Positions 49,748 through 62,627 of a stretch of DNA of 64,000 nt are shown piece by piece. The stretch is from Laetmonice hystrix (taxonomy: Eukaryota), in NCBI GenBank assembly GCA_965235115.1, contig OZ249437.1, positions 23,374,001 through 23,438,000 of the forward strand, in the 5' to 3' direction. Made by a program: the position numbers and the translations under genes. Under the pieces are notes generated by a model that worked only from the letters and a program-made list of their open reading frames with translations, was not told where the DNA came from and made no database searches. Position 1 is the stretch's first letter. Each line of letters opens with the position of its first letter.

Positions 49748-50714
49748 CTGATCCGTGGACATGGGGACCTAGATCTGAAGGTCCGACTACCTCCAGTACC
49801 ACACCTACCTGGAGGAGGAGCAGGAGGAGAGTCAGTAGACCGGGAGAGGGGACCCATATCAAAGTAATCTGTGTTAGATGAACATTTGAATACCTATCAT
49901 CATGATTAAGTTTCACACACAGTCATTGAGTTACGAAAGATCATAAACAGCCACTACAAATGAATAAAGTCGGCGTGTTTGTCGTCATAATAACGATTTT
50001 CTCCGTCTGTGGTTATTTCACTTTGATCATTCAGCCTGAACTTTTGTAGATCTGGATGAGCAATTGAATGACAGGGCAATAACTTTCCAAAAAGTGGAAA
50101 TACAAAAGTTTTCCTTGCGAAACCCTTTTTAAAGGCAGACAGGCAAGGCAAGGCGGACAGCATGTTCCGAGACGACATGGCAGAAATATGGCTGTGAGGT
50201 CAGAGGTCAGTGTAAGCGAAGCATGACACTCTCTCCACCAGTGTTGGTACATCTACTATAACATAACATCTAGGTAGACACCTCTGTTCTTTCAGGTGCA
50301 TCAACCTGAACTGCGGGGGTGAAACACCTGGGGCAAACTTACCAAATACCACTGTGCCTCTTTTGTTAAATGTACACTAAAGAAATTACAAGGTCTCATG
50401 TGACTTGCTAACGGGTCTTCTTGCTTTTGACGTCTCCCATTTCTAAACCACACTTAAGTCCTTTTTTAACCGGTGCACATTTCATATTGGTACTGCAAGC
50501 AACCATTAAAGAATCATACTTGTTACAAATATCTTTTTTTCTGCAATGTATTCAGCAGAATGTAAACATTTACTTCCTCGCAAGTTTTGACTAACAAATA
50601 ATTAAAGCATCATCGCGTGTAGTCTGAGATTTGCGGCTACTACATGAAGTCACAATCGTATTCCCTGTGCCTCCCTGCATCTTCACCGGGAGATGGTGTC
50701 AGTACAATTTCCTG

Positions 50715-51015
50715 TCCCTCTGAGCTGAGTGTGTGTGAGTATGAGCTCGTCCTCTGAGCTGAGTGTGTGAGTATGAGCTCGTCCTCTATGCTGAGTGTGT
50801 GTGAGTATGAGCCCGTCCTCTGAGCTTAGGTTGTGAGTATGAGCTCGTCCTCTGAGCTGAGTGTGTGTGAGTATGAGCTCGTCCTCTGAGCTGAATGTGT
50901 GTGAGTATGAGCTCGTCCTCTGAGCTGAATGTGTGTGAGTATGAGCTCGTCCGCTCAGCTGAATGTGTGTGAGTATGAGCTCGTCCTCTGAGCTGAGTGT
51001 GTGTGGGTATGAGCT
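50715..51015. repeat. Minisatellite, 34-bp unit, ~9 copies
   Basis: Unit gtgagtatgagctcgtcctctgagctgagtgtgt. Confidence 0.93.
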
Positions 51016-51524
51016 CCTCCCTCCCGTGGATGGTTGGAGTGTTGACAGGTGCCGAGTATCGGCCCATGTTTTTTTACACACCCACCCAACGAGATATATT
51101 GGAGAATGTTATATAAATACATGGTCACGTGACCTATGACCGGCTCCGGACACCTAGCGGTGCACAGACATACTACCTTTATATGGATTTATTGGAAGCT
51201 CCTGACAGCTTCGCTCCATCTGATTCTCTCCTTTTTAAACTCTCCTTTTTTTCTCTTCTTCCACTTTCTATATATTGTTCATTTCTCTCTCTTAACTCTC
51301 CTTTCAAACACAGAGTAAGTATAAAACCAGCCCGTGCAGCACCTAGGGCCTGTGCTCCTGTTATTTATTTACTTTCCGCCGAGTCGCCGTACCAGCTTCT
51401 GTATGCTGCAATCTAAGAGCGTATAAATATTCATCGTACCATGAGGTCCTAGCCACAGATACTTCGGTAACAATCGCAGTGGGCAGCATGCTCGGTCACC
51501 ACTCAACACTTGAGGCTGTAAGTT

Positions 51525-52105
51525 ACAGCTGGAGGACAGGCACGCATACAGGAGGAACCCAGCGCTTCTGGTGACTGCAGCTGAAGGACAGGCACGCATA
51601 CAGGAGGAACCCAGCACTCCTGGTGACTGCAGCTGGAGGACAGGCACGCATACAGGAGGAACCCAGCGCTCCTGGTGACTGCAGCTGGAGGAACCCAGCG
51701 CTCCTGGTGACTGCAGCTGGAGGACAGGCACGCATACAGGAGGAACCCAGCACTCCTGGTGACTGCAGCTGGAGGACAGGCACGCATACAGGAGGAACCC
51801 AGCGCTCCTGGTGACTGCAGCTGGAGGACAGGCACGCATACAGGAGGAACCCAGCGCTCCTGGTGACTGCAGCTGGAGGAACCCAGCGCTCCTGGTGACT
51901 GCAGCTGGAGGACAGGCACGCATACAGGAGGAACCCAGCGCTCCTGGTGACTGCAGCTGGAGGACAGGCACGCATACAGGAGGAACCCAGCGCTCCTGGT
52001 GACTGCAGCTGGAGGACAGGCACGCATACAGGAGGAACCCAGTGCTCCTGGTAACTGCAGCTGGAGGACAGACACGGCATACAGGTGAAACCCAGTGCTC
52101 CTGGT
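51525..52105. repeat. Minisatellite, 52-bp unit with 32-bp short variants, ~12 copies
   Basis: Unit gcagctggaggacaggcacgcatacaggaggaacccagcgctcctggtgact. Confidence 0.94.
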
Positions 52106-52721
52106 GATCTCCAGGCCGGTTTCCTCCAGTATGGACAGTATGCTATCTGTATGTCAGCTCACGACGTCTCCAGGGCACGTCGCCCAGTGCCGCCTTCACA
52201 GATATGGGTGCCGACAAACATAAAATACCAAACCAGGCTCCCAAAAAAGGTCACCATGGACGTTTGACCCCGGACATGGAACCCGTCACAATGGTCACAT
52301 GTACCATGTTCACACACACATCCCCACACCAGGCACTCTCTCCTAATTGTCTTTCTATCTATCTTTTTTTTCACATTATTTTTTTACTCTCTTGTTCAGA
52401 ATTCTGTTTATTTTTGTTCTCCTCCCATATTCTTTGCTATCGGTAAAAAAATCACTTAACATGTCATGTATTTCAACTCAATAAAAATAAGGGAAGTGCC
52501 TCACTCGAGATAAGAGTCTCTAGCATCTTGGGATTTTAAAAAAAGTGTTTGTTGCGATTTATTCACTTCTGTCTCATTCCTTTTTTCAGAGGCTATTTTG
52601 TGAAAATTCATTTTTGACCCTAAAATATCAAAACTTTCCATGTGATCTACAATGTAAGTACCCATTTTTTTAACGTTAATTGGAATAACACCAATTACAA
52701 ACAGTAACGAGCTGGTGAAAG

Positions 52722-52899
52722 TTAGCGTTGACCTCCGAGGTGTTAGGAACACCTGTAGAGATTGATTAGACTGGGGAAGGTGAGCGTTGAGCTCCGAGGT
52801 GTTAGGAACACCTGTAGAGATTGATTAGACTGGGGAAGGTGAGCGTTGAGCTCCGAGGTGTTAGGAACACCTGTAGAGATTGATTAGACTGGGGAAGGT
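52722..52899. repeat. 59-bp unit x3
   Basis: gagcgttgagctccgaggtgttaggaacacctgtagagattgattagactggggaaggt. Confidence 0.92.
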
Positions 52900-53821
52900 C
52901 AATGCCAGTTAATGTAACCAAGATACGAGAAGTGCTGAAGACGATCTCTAAACGTGACCATGTAAGATATTACGAGGCCATGCATAATGAGGCCACAGGG
53001 CGCCTGGTGCCTGGACACACTTAGAATACAGCAAGCATACAATACATCAAGGTGACCATCACCTCGACCCACCAATGCTGTGTGTGATAGCTGACCGGTG
53101 TGTGTGTGTGATACAACCGACCGATTACTGTGTGTGAAGCTGGTGTGTGTGATACAGCCGGTCCCTGGCCTGGCTCAAGGTGCGGCGAGCAGTCTGGAGG
53201 TGGCCGTGCTGGGGGTCACAGAGTTGACCGTCCGTGGGTGGTAGGACTACATCTGTTAATCTGCTAACAGTTTACAGGCTGTGATCTTTACGACCTCAGG
53301 TGTGGCCAGACAACCATCAACCTGCTCGCTCTATCTTTGATAGATCCCCACACTGGCCACTGTCGGAGAAACCGGCATATCACACAATATTACCATTAGA
53401 CCACACTACCTTTGGGCAAAGAAGCCTCAAATATTTAAAATCATACTCACGGTACTTACTTTAAACTAAGGGTGTGTGGGGGTGGGGGTGGGGGTAAGGG
53501 CGCAGTGCCTCATGGTCCAGAGACGCCAACTCCTCCTGTTTCAGATCACACCCACTTAGGGTTGTGCCCATATCGTTGTCAGCATTGACAGAACCACTAA
53601 ATGTCTACAGAGAGCTGGTCAGGAGCTCAAACTGCAATCTGTCGTTTGTAATCGTAGTGAGGAGAAAACGATTTGATTGCTGTCCCCGTCTGGAGCAAGC
53701 ATGCAGCACTAGGTCCTGATAGCAAGACTCCAGCTATCAATGGTAATCACAGCACCGGGCCGGCAGGCAAGCAGACCTACCCGCTTGGCCTGGCCGGTAC
53801 TGTATGCAATATCACTAATAA

Positions 53822-55035
53822 TGCATGGCAGGGGTGGCTGGTAATACATGGTAGTGGTGGCTGGTGATACACGGGGGTGGTGGCTGGTAATACATGGTAG
53901 TGGTGGCTGGTGATACACGGGGGTGGTGGCTGGTAATACATGGCAGTGGTGGCTGGTGATACATGGCAGTGGTGGCTGGTAATACATGGCAGTGGTGGCT
54001 AGTAATACACGGCAGGGGTGGCTGGTAATACACGGCAGTGGTGGCTGGTAATACATGGCAGTGGTGGCTGGTAATACATGGCAGGGGTGGTTGGTAATAC
54101 ATGGTAGTGGTGGCTGGTAATACACGGCAGGGGTGGCTGGTAATACATGGCAGTGGTGGCTGGTGATACATGGTAGTGGTGGCTGGTAATACACGGCAGT
54201 GGTGGCTGGTAATACATGGCAGTGGTGGCTGGTAATACACGGCAGGGGTGGCTGGTAATACATGGTAGTGGTGCCTGGTAATACACGGCAGGGGTGGCTG
54301 GTAATACATGGTAGTGGTGCCTGGTAATACACGGCAGGGGTGGCTGGTAATACATGGCAGGGGTGGCTGGTAATACATGGCAGTGGTGGCTGGTGATACA
54401 TGGAAGTGGTGGCTGGTAATACATGGTAGTGGTGGCTGGTAATACACGGCAGGGGTGGCTGGTAATACACGGCAGTGGTGGCTGGTAATACATGGCAGTG
54501 GTGGCTGGTAATACACGGCAGTGGTGGCTGGTAATACATGGCAGTGGTGGCTGGTAATACACGGCAGTGGTGGCTGGTAATACATGGCAGTGGTGGCTGG
54601 TAATACATGGCAGGGGTGGTTGGTAATACATGGCAGGGGTGGCTGGTAATACACGGCAGGGGTGGCTGGTAATACATGGCAGTGGTGGCTGGTGATACAT
54701 GGTAGTGGTGGCTGGTAATACACGGCAGTGGTGGCTGGTAAATACATGGCAGTGGTGGCTGGTGATACATGGCAGTGGTGGCTGGTAATACACGGCAGTG
54801 GTGGCTGGTAATACATGGCAGTGGTGGCTGGTAATACATGGCAGGGGTGGTTGGTAATACATGGCAGGGGTGGCTGGTAATACACGGCAGTGGTGGCTGG
54901 TAATACATGGCAGGGGTGGCTGGTAATACGTGGTAGTGGTGGCTGGTAATACACGGCAGGGGTGGCTGGTAATACATGGTAGTGGTGGTTGGTAATACAT
55001 GGCAGTGGTGGCTGGTAATACTATAATGTGTCAAA
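53822..55035. repeat. G-rich minisatellite, 23-bp unit, ~52 copies
   Basis: Unit ggctggtaatacatggcagtggt. Confidence 0.96.
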
Positions 55036-55489
55036 TGGCAGTGGCTGGTTATATTGGTTGGTTATACATGTAGTTAGCGAAAGCAACCCTAAATGGCATA
55101 AAGTAATGGGGTCAACTGTTTAATGGCAATAATTATTCTGCAATAATTCATCAATGTCAACGACTGTCGTAATCTTATAAACATTGTAGAAAATGTTGAT
55201 CCCATGCCCGGCCTCTGGTCTGTTGACCTGCCCTGACCGTAACCCCCCCCCCCCCCTCCGTCATAGATATTATATGATATGTCACGGTGATGGGCCTTCA
55301 GCGACCACCTCTCCCATCAAGACGGTTACGAGGGTGTGAGTGATCGGGAGTGGGTATGTTAGCAGGTCGTGTCCCACGGTCCGTCCCTCCCGCCCTCATC
55401 CCCCGCCTCCCTGCCTCCTGTTCTCCGCCCTAACGACGTTAGGACTCGTCCGCCCAGTCCGGATGGTCTCGTTAACATGGCCCCAACTG

Positions 55490-55860
55490 GAGGAGGCTGG
55501 CGGAGGGCCAATCGAGACCTTCACCACCCGGCAGGAGGCTGACGGAGGGCCCATCGAGACCTTCGCCACCCGGCAGGAGGCTGGCGGAGGGCCCATCGAG
55601 ACCTTCACCACCCGGCAGGAGGCTGGCGGAGGGCCCATCGAGACCTTCACCAACCCGGCAGGAGGCTGGTGGAGGGCCCATCGAGACCTTCACCAACCCG
55701 GCAGGAGGCTGGTGGGGGGCCCATCGAGACCTTCACCAACCCGGCAGGAGGCTGGTGGGGGGGCCCATCGAGACCTTCACCAACCCGGCAGGAGGCTGGT
55801 GGGGGGCCCATCGAGACCTTCACCAACCCGGCAGGAGGCTGGTGGGGGCCATCGAGACCT
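55490..55860. repeat. Minisatellite, 42/43-bp unit, ~9 copies
   Basis: Unit ggcaggaggctggcggagggcccatcgagaccttcaccaccc. Confidence 0.92.
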
Positions 55861-56467
55861 CCCACTCCACCTGACGGACCGACGGGAGGGGTAGGGAGCT
55901 CCCCCCCCCCCCACTCCACAATACCTGACGGACCGACGGGAGGGGTAGATAACCCCCCCCCCCCCCAACCTCAGAACGGCCACCGTTCTAACCCAATTTT
56001 ACCCTGCCAGGAGGCGCCGTGTTCCCACAGTTAATCCCAAACAAACCTGATTACCCCTTGAACCGTCGGGAGGGGAGAGGCAGCCTATCCCGAGACAACA
56101 CTGATCTCTGCTACTTGATTCCTTGATTTGGAAATCAAGATGTCAAGAATAACATGGGCTTCTCTTAAGGATGCAAAAACAATGCTAATGTACCATTTAT
56201 CATACTGCTATATTTCTGTGACAGAGAACAGAAGACTTCGTCTTACTCGTATATGTCTGTATCAACATAAAAAAAAGGTCTGTTCTTATATTTGATTTGA
56301 TCACAGCGCCTGGTTTGCTTGCATGCATACAGAGTTCAGCTGATTTCCATGTCAGATACAAATTTCAGCTGATGAGTTATGATAGCGTCCGCCCCTGACA
56401 ACCATGTTAGCTATCATATTGATTGTACGCGATACTGTAATAGTTAACATGTCACACACAATTAAAC

Positions 56468-57238
56468 TACCGCAGTGAACACCAAACGGTACCTGTCACC
56501 GCAGTGAACACCAAACGGTACCTGTCACCGCAGTGAACACCAAACGTCGCCGCAGTGAACACAAAACGTCACCGCAGTGAACACCAAACGTCACCGCAGT
56601 GAACACCAAACGGTACCTGTCACCGCAGTGAACACCAAACGGTACCTGTCACCGCAGTGAACACCAAACGGTAGCTGTCACCGCAGTGAACACCAAACGG
56701 TACCTGTCACCGCAGTGAACACCAAACGGTACCTGTCACCGCAGTGAACACCAAACGGTAGCTGTCACCACAGTGAACACCGAACGGTACCTGTCACCGC
56801 AGTGAACACCAACCGTTAGCTGTCACCGCAGTGAACACCAAACGGTACCTGTCACCGCAGTGAACACCAAACGGTACCTGTCACCGCAGTGAACACCAAA
56901 AGGTACCTGTCACCGCAGTGAACACCAAACGTTATCTGTCACAGCAGTGAACACCAAACGGTACCTGTCGCCGCAGTGAACACCAAACAGTACCTGTCAC
57001 CGCAGTGAACACCAAACGGTAGCTGTCACCGCAGTTAACATCAAACGTCACCGCAGTGAACACCAAACGGTAGCTGTCACCGCAGTGAACACCAACCGTT
57101 AGCTGTCACCGCAGTGAACACCAAACGGTACCTGTCACCGCAGTGAACACCAAACGGTACCTGTCACCGCAGTGAACACCAAACGGTAGCTGTCACCGCA
57201 GTGAACACCAGGCGTTATCTGTCACCGCAGTGAACACC
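56468..57238. repeat. Minisatellite, 29-bp unit (22-bp variants), ~27 copies
   Basis: Unit caccgcagtgaacaccaaacggtacctgt. Confidence 0.95.
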
Positions 57239-58037
57239 TCCTGTATACCATATGTTGATATCACTGCTCTCAATGGTGGTACCTCCTGTATACAATGTGT
57301 TGATATCACTGCTCTCAATGGTGTCCCACTACCTCCTGTATAAATATGTTGATATCAGTGCTCTCAATGGTGGTACCTCCTGTATACAATATGTTGATAT
57401 CACTGCTCTCAATGGTGGTACCTCCTGTATACAATGTGTTGATATCACTTCTCTCAATGGTGGTCCTACTAACTCCTGTATACAATATGTTGATATCACT
57501 GCTCTCAGTGGTGGTACCTCCTGTATACAATATGTTGATATCACTGCTCTCAATGGTGGTCTCACTAACTCCTGTATACAATATGTTGATATCACTGCTC
57601 TCAGTGGTGGTACCTCCTGTATACAATATGTTGATATCACTGCTCTCAATGGTGGTCTCACTAACTCCTGTATACAATATGTTGATATCACTGCTCTCAA
57701 TGGTGTCTCACTACCTCCTGTATACAATATGTTGATATCACTGCTCTCAATGGTGGTCTCACTAACTCCTGTATACAATATGTTGATATCACTGCTCTCA
57801 ATGGTGTCCCACTACCTCCTGTATACAATATGTTGATATCACTGCTCTCAATGGTGGTCCCACTACCTCCTGTATACAATATGTTGAAATCACTGCTCTC
57901 AATGGTGTCCCACTACCTCCTGTCTACAATATGTTGATGTCACTGCTCTCAATGGTGTCCCACTACCTCCTGTCTACAATATGTTGACATCACTGCTCTC
58001 AATGGTGTCCCACTACCTCCTGTATACAATATGTTGA
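57239..58037. repeat. Minisatellite, 45-54-bp unit, ~16 copies
   Basis: Core ctcctgtatacaatatgttgatatcactgctctcaatggt; abuts the 29-bp array. Confidence 0.95.
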
Positions 58038-58571
58038 ATAGACCATTGTACCCGCTGTCATCAAAGGCCCGGGTGACATGACCTTGGGTATCACAATCCA
58101 CACACCCATACAGACATAAACACACACACACGCGTACAAACCCGGCACACGTACACCACACACATATATCATACATCTACCCCGATCACAGCACTCCGAG
58201 CGTGCTGTATACATGCGGTGCCCATGCACGTTATGTCTATAAACATAATTATGATGTTCTCTTGTAATCCGAACATCTTTGACATCCGTGCGTAGAGCCT
58301 TACTGGACCAACTCTGTCATCAATTTGTGCCAAGTAAAGAGTTAAGAACGACTAAGCGAGGAGTGATGGGTTGTATGGGAACCTCCTTCCAGAAACTTTG
58401 AAGTTGTTTGATCCATGACACCAGCCTCAGCCGGGCAGTGTGTTTACGTGTGCCTCGATCAGAACCCTGCAAGCCGCGGTCACACTGATTGTCGGAGGTG
58501 ATTGCAGGGTTCTCCCGCTGTGACTGCGAGCCACATGATGGACGGTTGTGACACAGGGCATGCCGGGGTGT

Positions 58572-58665
58572 GTGGAGGATATATATATATATATGTATAT
58601 GTGGAGGATATATATATATATATATATATATATATGGAGGATATATATATATATATATATATATG
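58572..58665. repeat. Compound (AT)n microsatellite, three tracts each headed by ggagg
   Basis: Direct inspection. Confidence 0.9.
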
Positions 58666-58829
58666 TGGGTCCGGCGGGTCACACGGCACATTCCTACATA
58701 CACGGCCGGTGTGACACGCGCTGACACGTGCCCCACGTGTCCTTGCCGTCACACCAGTCGGCCACCCGTCCACCCTCTACCGACCTGGTGCATCCGTTAC
58801 ATAAACACTGTGAACGGTATGACAACAGG

Positions 58830-58928
58830 CGAGCTGTGAGCGGGCACCCACGGCGCTATACGATCTCAGTCCCTCACAACAGTCGAGCTGTGAGCGGGCA
58901 CCCACGGCGCTATACGATCTCAGTCCCC
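58830..58928. repeat. Tandem duplication, 54-bp period x2
   Basis: gagctgtgagcgggcacccacggcgctatacgatctcagtccc at 58831 and 58885. Confidence 0.88.
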
Positions 58929-58984
58929 GACATGCCAGCGTGTGCCGCCACCGCCTGATCAAGGCAGGCCTACAGGGTGCACCT

Positions 58985-59262
58985 CCTCCCCCCCGTCCTC
59001 CTCCCTACTCCCCCCGTACTCCTACCGTCCTCCTCCCGTACTCCTACCGTCCTCCTCCCTACTACTACCGTCCTCCCCCCGTACTCCTACCGTCCTCCCC
59101 CGTCCTCCTCCCGTACCCCCCCGTACTCCTACCGTCCTCCTACCGTCCTCCCCCCGTCCTCCCCCCGTACTCCTACCGTCCCCCCGTACTCCTCCCGTAC
59201 TCCTCCCGTCCTCCTCCCGTACTCCTACCGTCCTCCTCCCGTCCTTACCCCGTCCTCCCGCC
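58985..59262. repeat. Pyrimidine-rich degenerate repeat
   Basis: ccgtactcctaccgtcctcc modules. Confidence 0.85.
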
Positions 59263-59389
59263 AACACAATCTCCCAGCCATCCCCATCTAAACACGCCGC
59301 TAAGATTGCCCGAATTCGGTGCAATGCCAGCACCTGTCAAACGGTCTCATCTTCTGTTTCATCTCCTCCGGGAACTATTGTATACTCTG

Positions 59390-59800
59390 TGATTTCCTGC
59401 AGGACAGTGGTCACCAGCATTGCCGGGCTCAAGGCGTGCTACTGATAACATTCACATTCCCCTTCCCCCTTCTCCTACCCCTCCTGCTCCCCCTCCTCCT
59501 ACCCCTCCTGCCCCCCCTCCTCCTACCCCTCCTGCTCCACCTCCTCCTACCCCTCTTGCTCCTGCTCCCCCTCCTCCTACCCCTCCTGCTCCTGCTCCCC
59601 CTCCTCCTACCCCTCCTGCTCCTGCTACTCTTCCTGCCCCTCCTTGATTTCCTACAGGACAGTGGTCACCAGCATTGTCGGGCTCAAGGCATGCTACTGA
59701 TAACATCCACATTCCCCTGCCTGCTGCTCCTGCTGCTCCTGCTGCTCCTGCTGCTCCTGATCCTGCTGCCCCTCCTCCTCCTGCTGCTCCTCCTCCTCCG
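59390..59800. repeat. Duplicated ~74-bp unique segment (offset 255 bp), each copy followed by a CCT/CTG low-complexity tract
   Basis: tgatttcct(g/a)caggacagtggtcaccagcattg(c/t)cgggctcaaggc...acattcccct at 59390 and 59645. Confidence 0.88.
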
Positions 59801-61042
59801 AAAGAACCCCCAGTATGTTTGATTTAACCCATGCCGTCCTCTGCCTGGACCATTGAACCATGTCGCCTCAACACTGGCTGTCCATGGTCTTAGGTCGACA
59901 TTGTCATAATTACGATGATGATCATATTACTCCAACAACTAAACAGCCAGCAATTATTCAAATTTTCACATAATATTAACAGGGCAATAAAAGATGCTGC
60001 GATACAAGCAAGAGAAAAAAAACCGATCGAGAAACGAGACGTAGGTCCATGTCATTCAGTATGACATCTGTTGTGGCTAACAATCAGGGCCTGGATTTAA
60101 CATTAACATATTGTTTCTATGCCATGCAAAAAGGCAATAAATGACTTTCTGTGGATCGTAAAGCATGCTTAAGTTACCCAATGACTTCTACAGATTTCTG
60201 AGGTTATATTTCTCCATGAGGACAGTGATACCTGCCCGGCACGGGATCACTTTGTTGTGATCAGATGTCATTAGTCATAGTGTGAATGGCAAGCATCACT
60301 CAGAGAGAGGTTGTGGACTCCTAACAAAGACACCAGATCCATGTCAGTTTGTGACACGCCACTGGTACAGCGAATTCACTTGTTTGTAGAGCAGATCAGA
60401 GTCCACGGAATGTTCAAACCAATCTTTTATTCCCACCGCTGGCGGAATCCAGAGATGTCGGTTACCTGCCATAATTGGAAGGTCTGTCACCTGCCATAGG
60501 TCGGTTGTTTCCCTCGGGTACTCCGGTTTCTCCACAACTAAAACTGACCGCCAGACTATAAAATAATGATCACCAAAAATTTTCGACAGCGTAGTGGTCA
60601 AACCATGGGTAGAGCCCTGGTTTGGAGCACAGGAGCCCCCCCCCCCCCCCCAGCTCTGGTAATTTTGCGATTTATAGCCTTATCTTGCAGTCCAGATAGC
60701 CACATGAGAGGTTTGCTAAATTAGACGATCGCCATTTTATAGGTATTTCTGTGGGTTCTGTTGAATTTAGACAAGTTTTTACCGCTACGATGTTAAAGAG
60801 ACAGTGAAGCGGCCTAAAAGACAGTGTAGCGGCCTAAATACACAACGTAGCGGCCCGCTACGCAGAAAAAGGCTGGCGAGAATACTTCCGGGCGGCCTCG
60901 ATAAGATCCTGGCTGTTTGGTACGAGGTAAACCTCCATCCAACATGTTCTTCCTGGAACTGTGCACTTATATAACTGTGACTGAGGTCTGAGGTGACCGA
61001 GGGATGTCACCGTCACTGTCAACATGGTCTGACTCCTAACCG

Positions 61043-62098
61043 TCCCTCCCACCTACCCACGTGTCTCCAGAACCCACCCTCCCACCTACCCACGTGTCTC
61101 CCACCCTCCCACCTACCCACGTGTCTCCCACCCTCCCACCTACCCACGTGTCTCCCACCCTCCCACCTACCTACGTGTCTCCAGAACCCACCCTCCCACG
61201 TGTCTCCCACCCTCCCACCTACCCACGTGTCTCCAGGACCCACCCTCCCACCTACCCACGTGTCTCCCACCCTCCCACCTACCCACGTGTCTCCCACCCT
61301 CCCACCTACCCACGTGTCTCCCACCCTCCCACCTACCCACGTGTCTCCCACCCTCCCACCTACCCACGTGTCTCCCACCCTCCCACCTACCCACGTGTCT
61401 CCCACCCTCCCACCTACCTACGTGTCTCCAGGACCCACCCTCCCACCTACCCACGTGTCTCCCACCCTCCCACCTACCCACGTGTCTCCCACCCTCCCAC
61501 CTACCCACGTGTCTCCAGGACCCACCCTCCCACCTACCCACGTGTCTCCCACCCTCCCACCTACCTACGTGTCTCCAGAACCCACCCTCCCACGTGTCTC
61601 CCACCCTCCCACCTACCCACCTGTGTCCAGAACCCACCCTCCCACCTACCCACGTGTCTCCCACCCTCCCACCTACCTACGTGTCTCCAGAACCCACCCT
61701 CCCACGTGTCTCCCACCCTCCCACCTACCCACGTGTCTCCAGGACCCACCCTCCCACCTACCCACGTGTCTCCCACCCTCCCACCTACCTACGTGTCTCC
61801 CGCCCTCCCACCTACCCACGTGTCTCCAGAACCCACACTCCCACCTACCCACGTGTCTCCCACCCTCCCACCTACCCACGTGTCTCCCACCCTCCCACCT
61901 ACCCACGTGTCTCCCACCCTCCCACAGGTCTCCCACCCTCCCACCTACCCACAGGTCTCCCACCCTCCCACCTACCCACAGGTCTCCCACCCTCCCACCT
62001 ACCCACGTGTCTCCCACCCTCCCACCTACCCACGTGTCTCCCACCCTCCCACCTACCCACAGGTCTCCCACCCTCCCACCTACCCACAGGTCTCCAGA
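61043..62098. repeat. C-rich minisatellite, 27-bp unit, ~38 copies
   Basis: Unit ccctcccacctacccacgtgtctccca with ccagaacccaccc insert variants. Confidence 0.95.
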
Positions 62099-62627
62099 CG
62101 TCCACCCCTACACAAACTTCATCCTCCTGAAGTGAACTACGCCAACCTCTCACCTCGAGTCCATATTTATTGGCTCTCATATCCCCGACAACCAACCCTG
62201 CTCTGTCTCCATCTAACCGTCGCTCAGAACCAGAGATGGCCAAGTGAATTCTTATCTTATAACGTCGTTTTGTTATTTACCATACGCCAATATTCAAGCC
62301 CTGCTTGCTTACATACCACAGACACTGAGGACCGTAAAAATGGTGAAATAACAAGGTGACGGGAGCCACGCGAACTGGTGATGTATGGTGTGTCACAGGT
62401 CCTCGCCACGGAACCTCTTCACCCACAGCGTCCAGCTCCTTCAGAGAGTGTTTTTTGGTTGACTCATGTCCGTTTAAATATTCCGCTAGCATCTATCGGG
62501 ACGAGTACAGAGGGAGGTTGTAATTGTTCACAGTTTTATAGTTTGATCATAGTTTTATTTGATAGCGCCAGACGGTCGTGGAGTAAAATGAAGGCTGGTT
62601 GGAAGAATTTCTGCTGGAAGCAGGAAA

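Noticed and set aside
49776-49836. GC3-rich reading SDYLQYHTYLEEEQEESQ*
   Set aside because: An in-frame stop lies immediately upstream and there is no credible acceptor.
48297-55034. Long Pro/His/Cys-rich ORFs in the 22-bp, 52-bp and 23-bp arrays (likewise 9503-10891, 32569-33680, 60993-62359)
   Set aside because: Unit lengths are mostly not multiples of 3, several overlapping frames are open, and no domain is recognisable.
5101-62098. 6-bp palindromes (CACGTG, GGTACC, CAGCTG, GATATC, etc.) in many repeat units
   Set aside because: About one per 50-60 bp is expected by chance.
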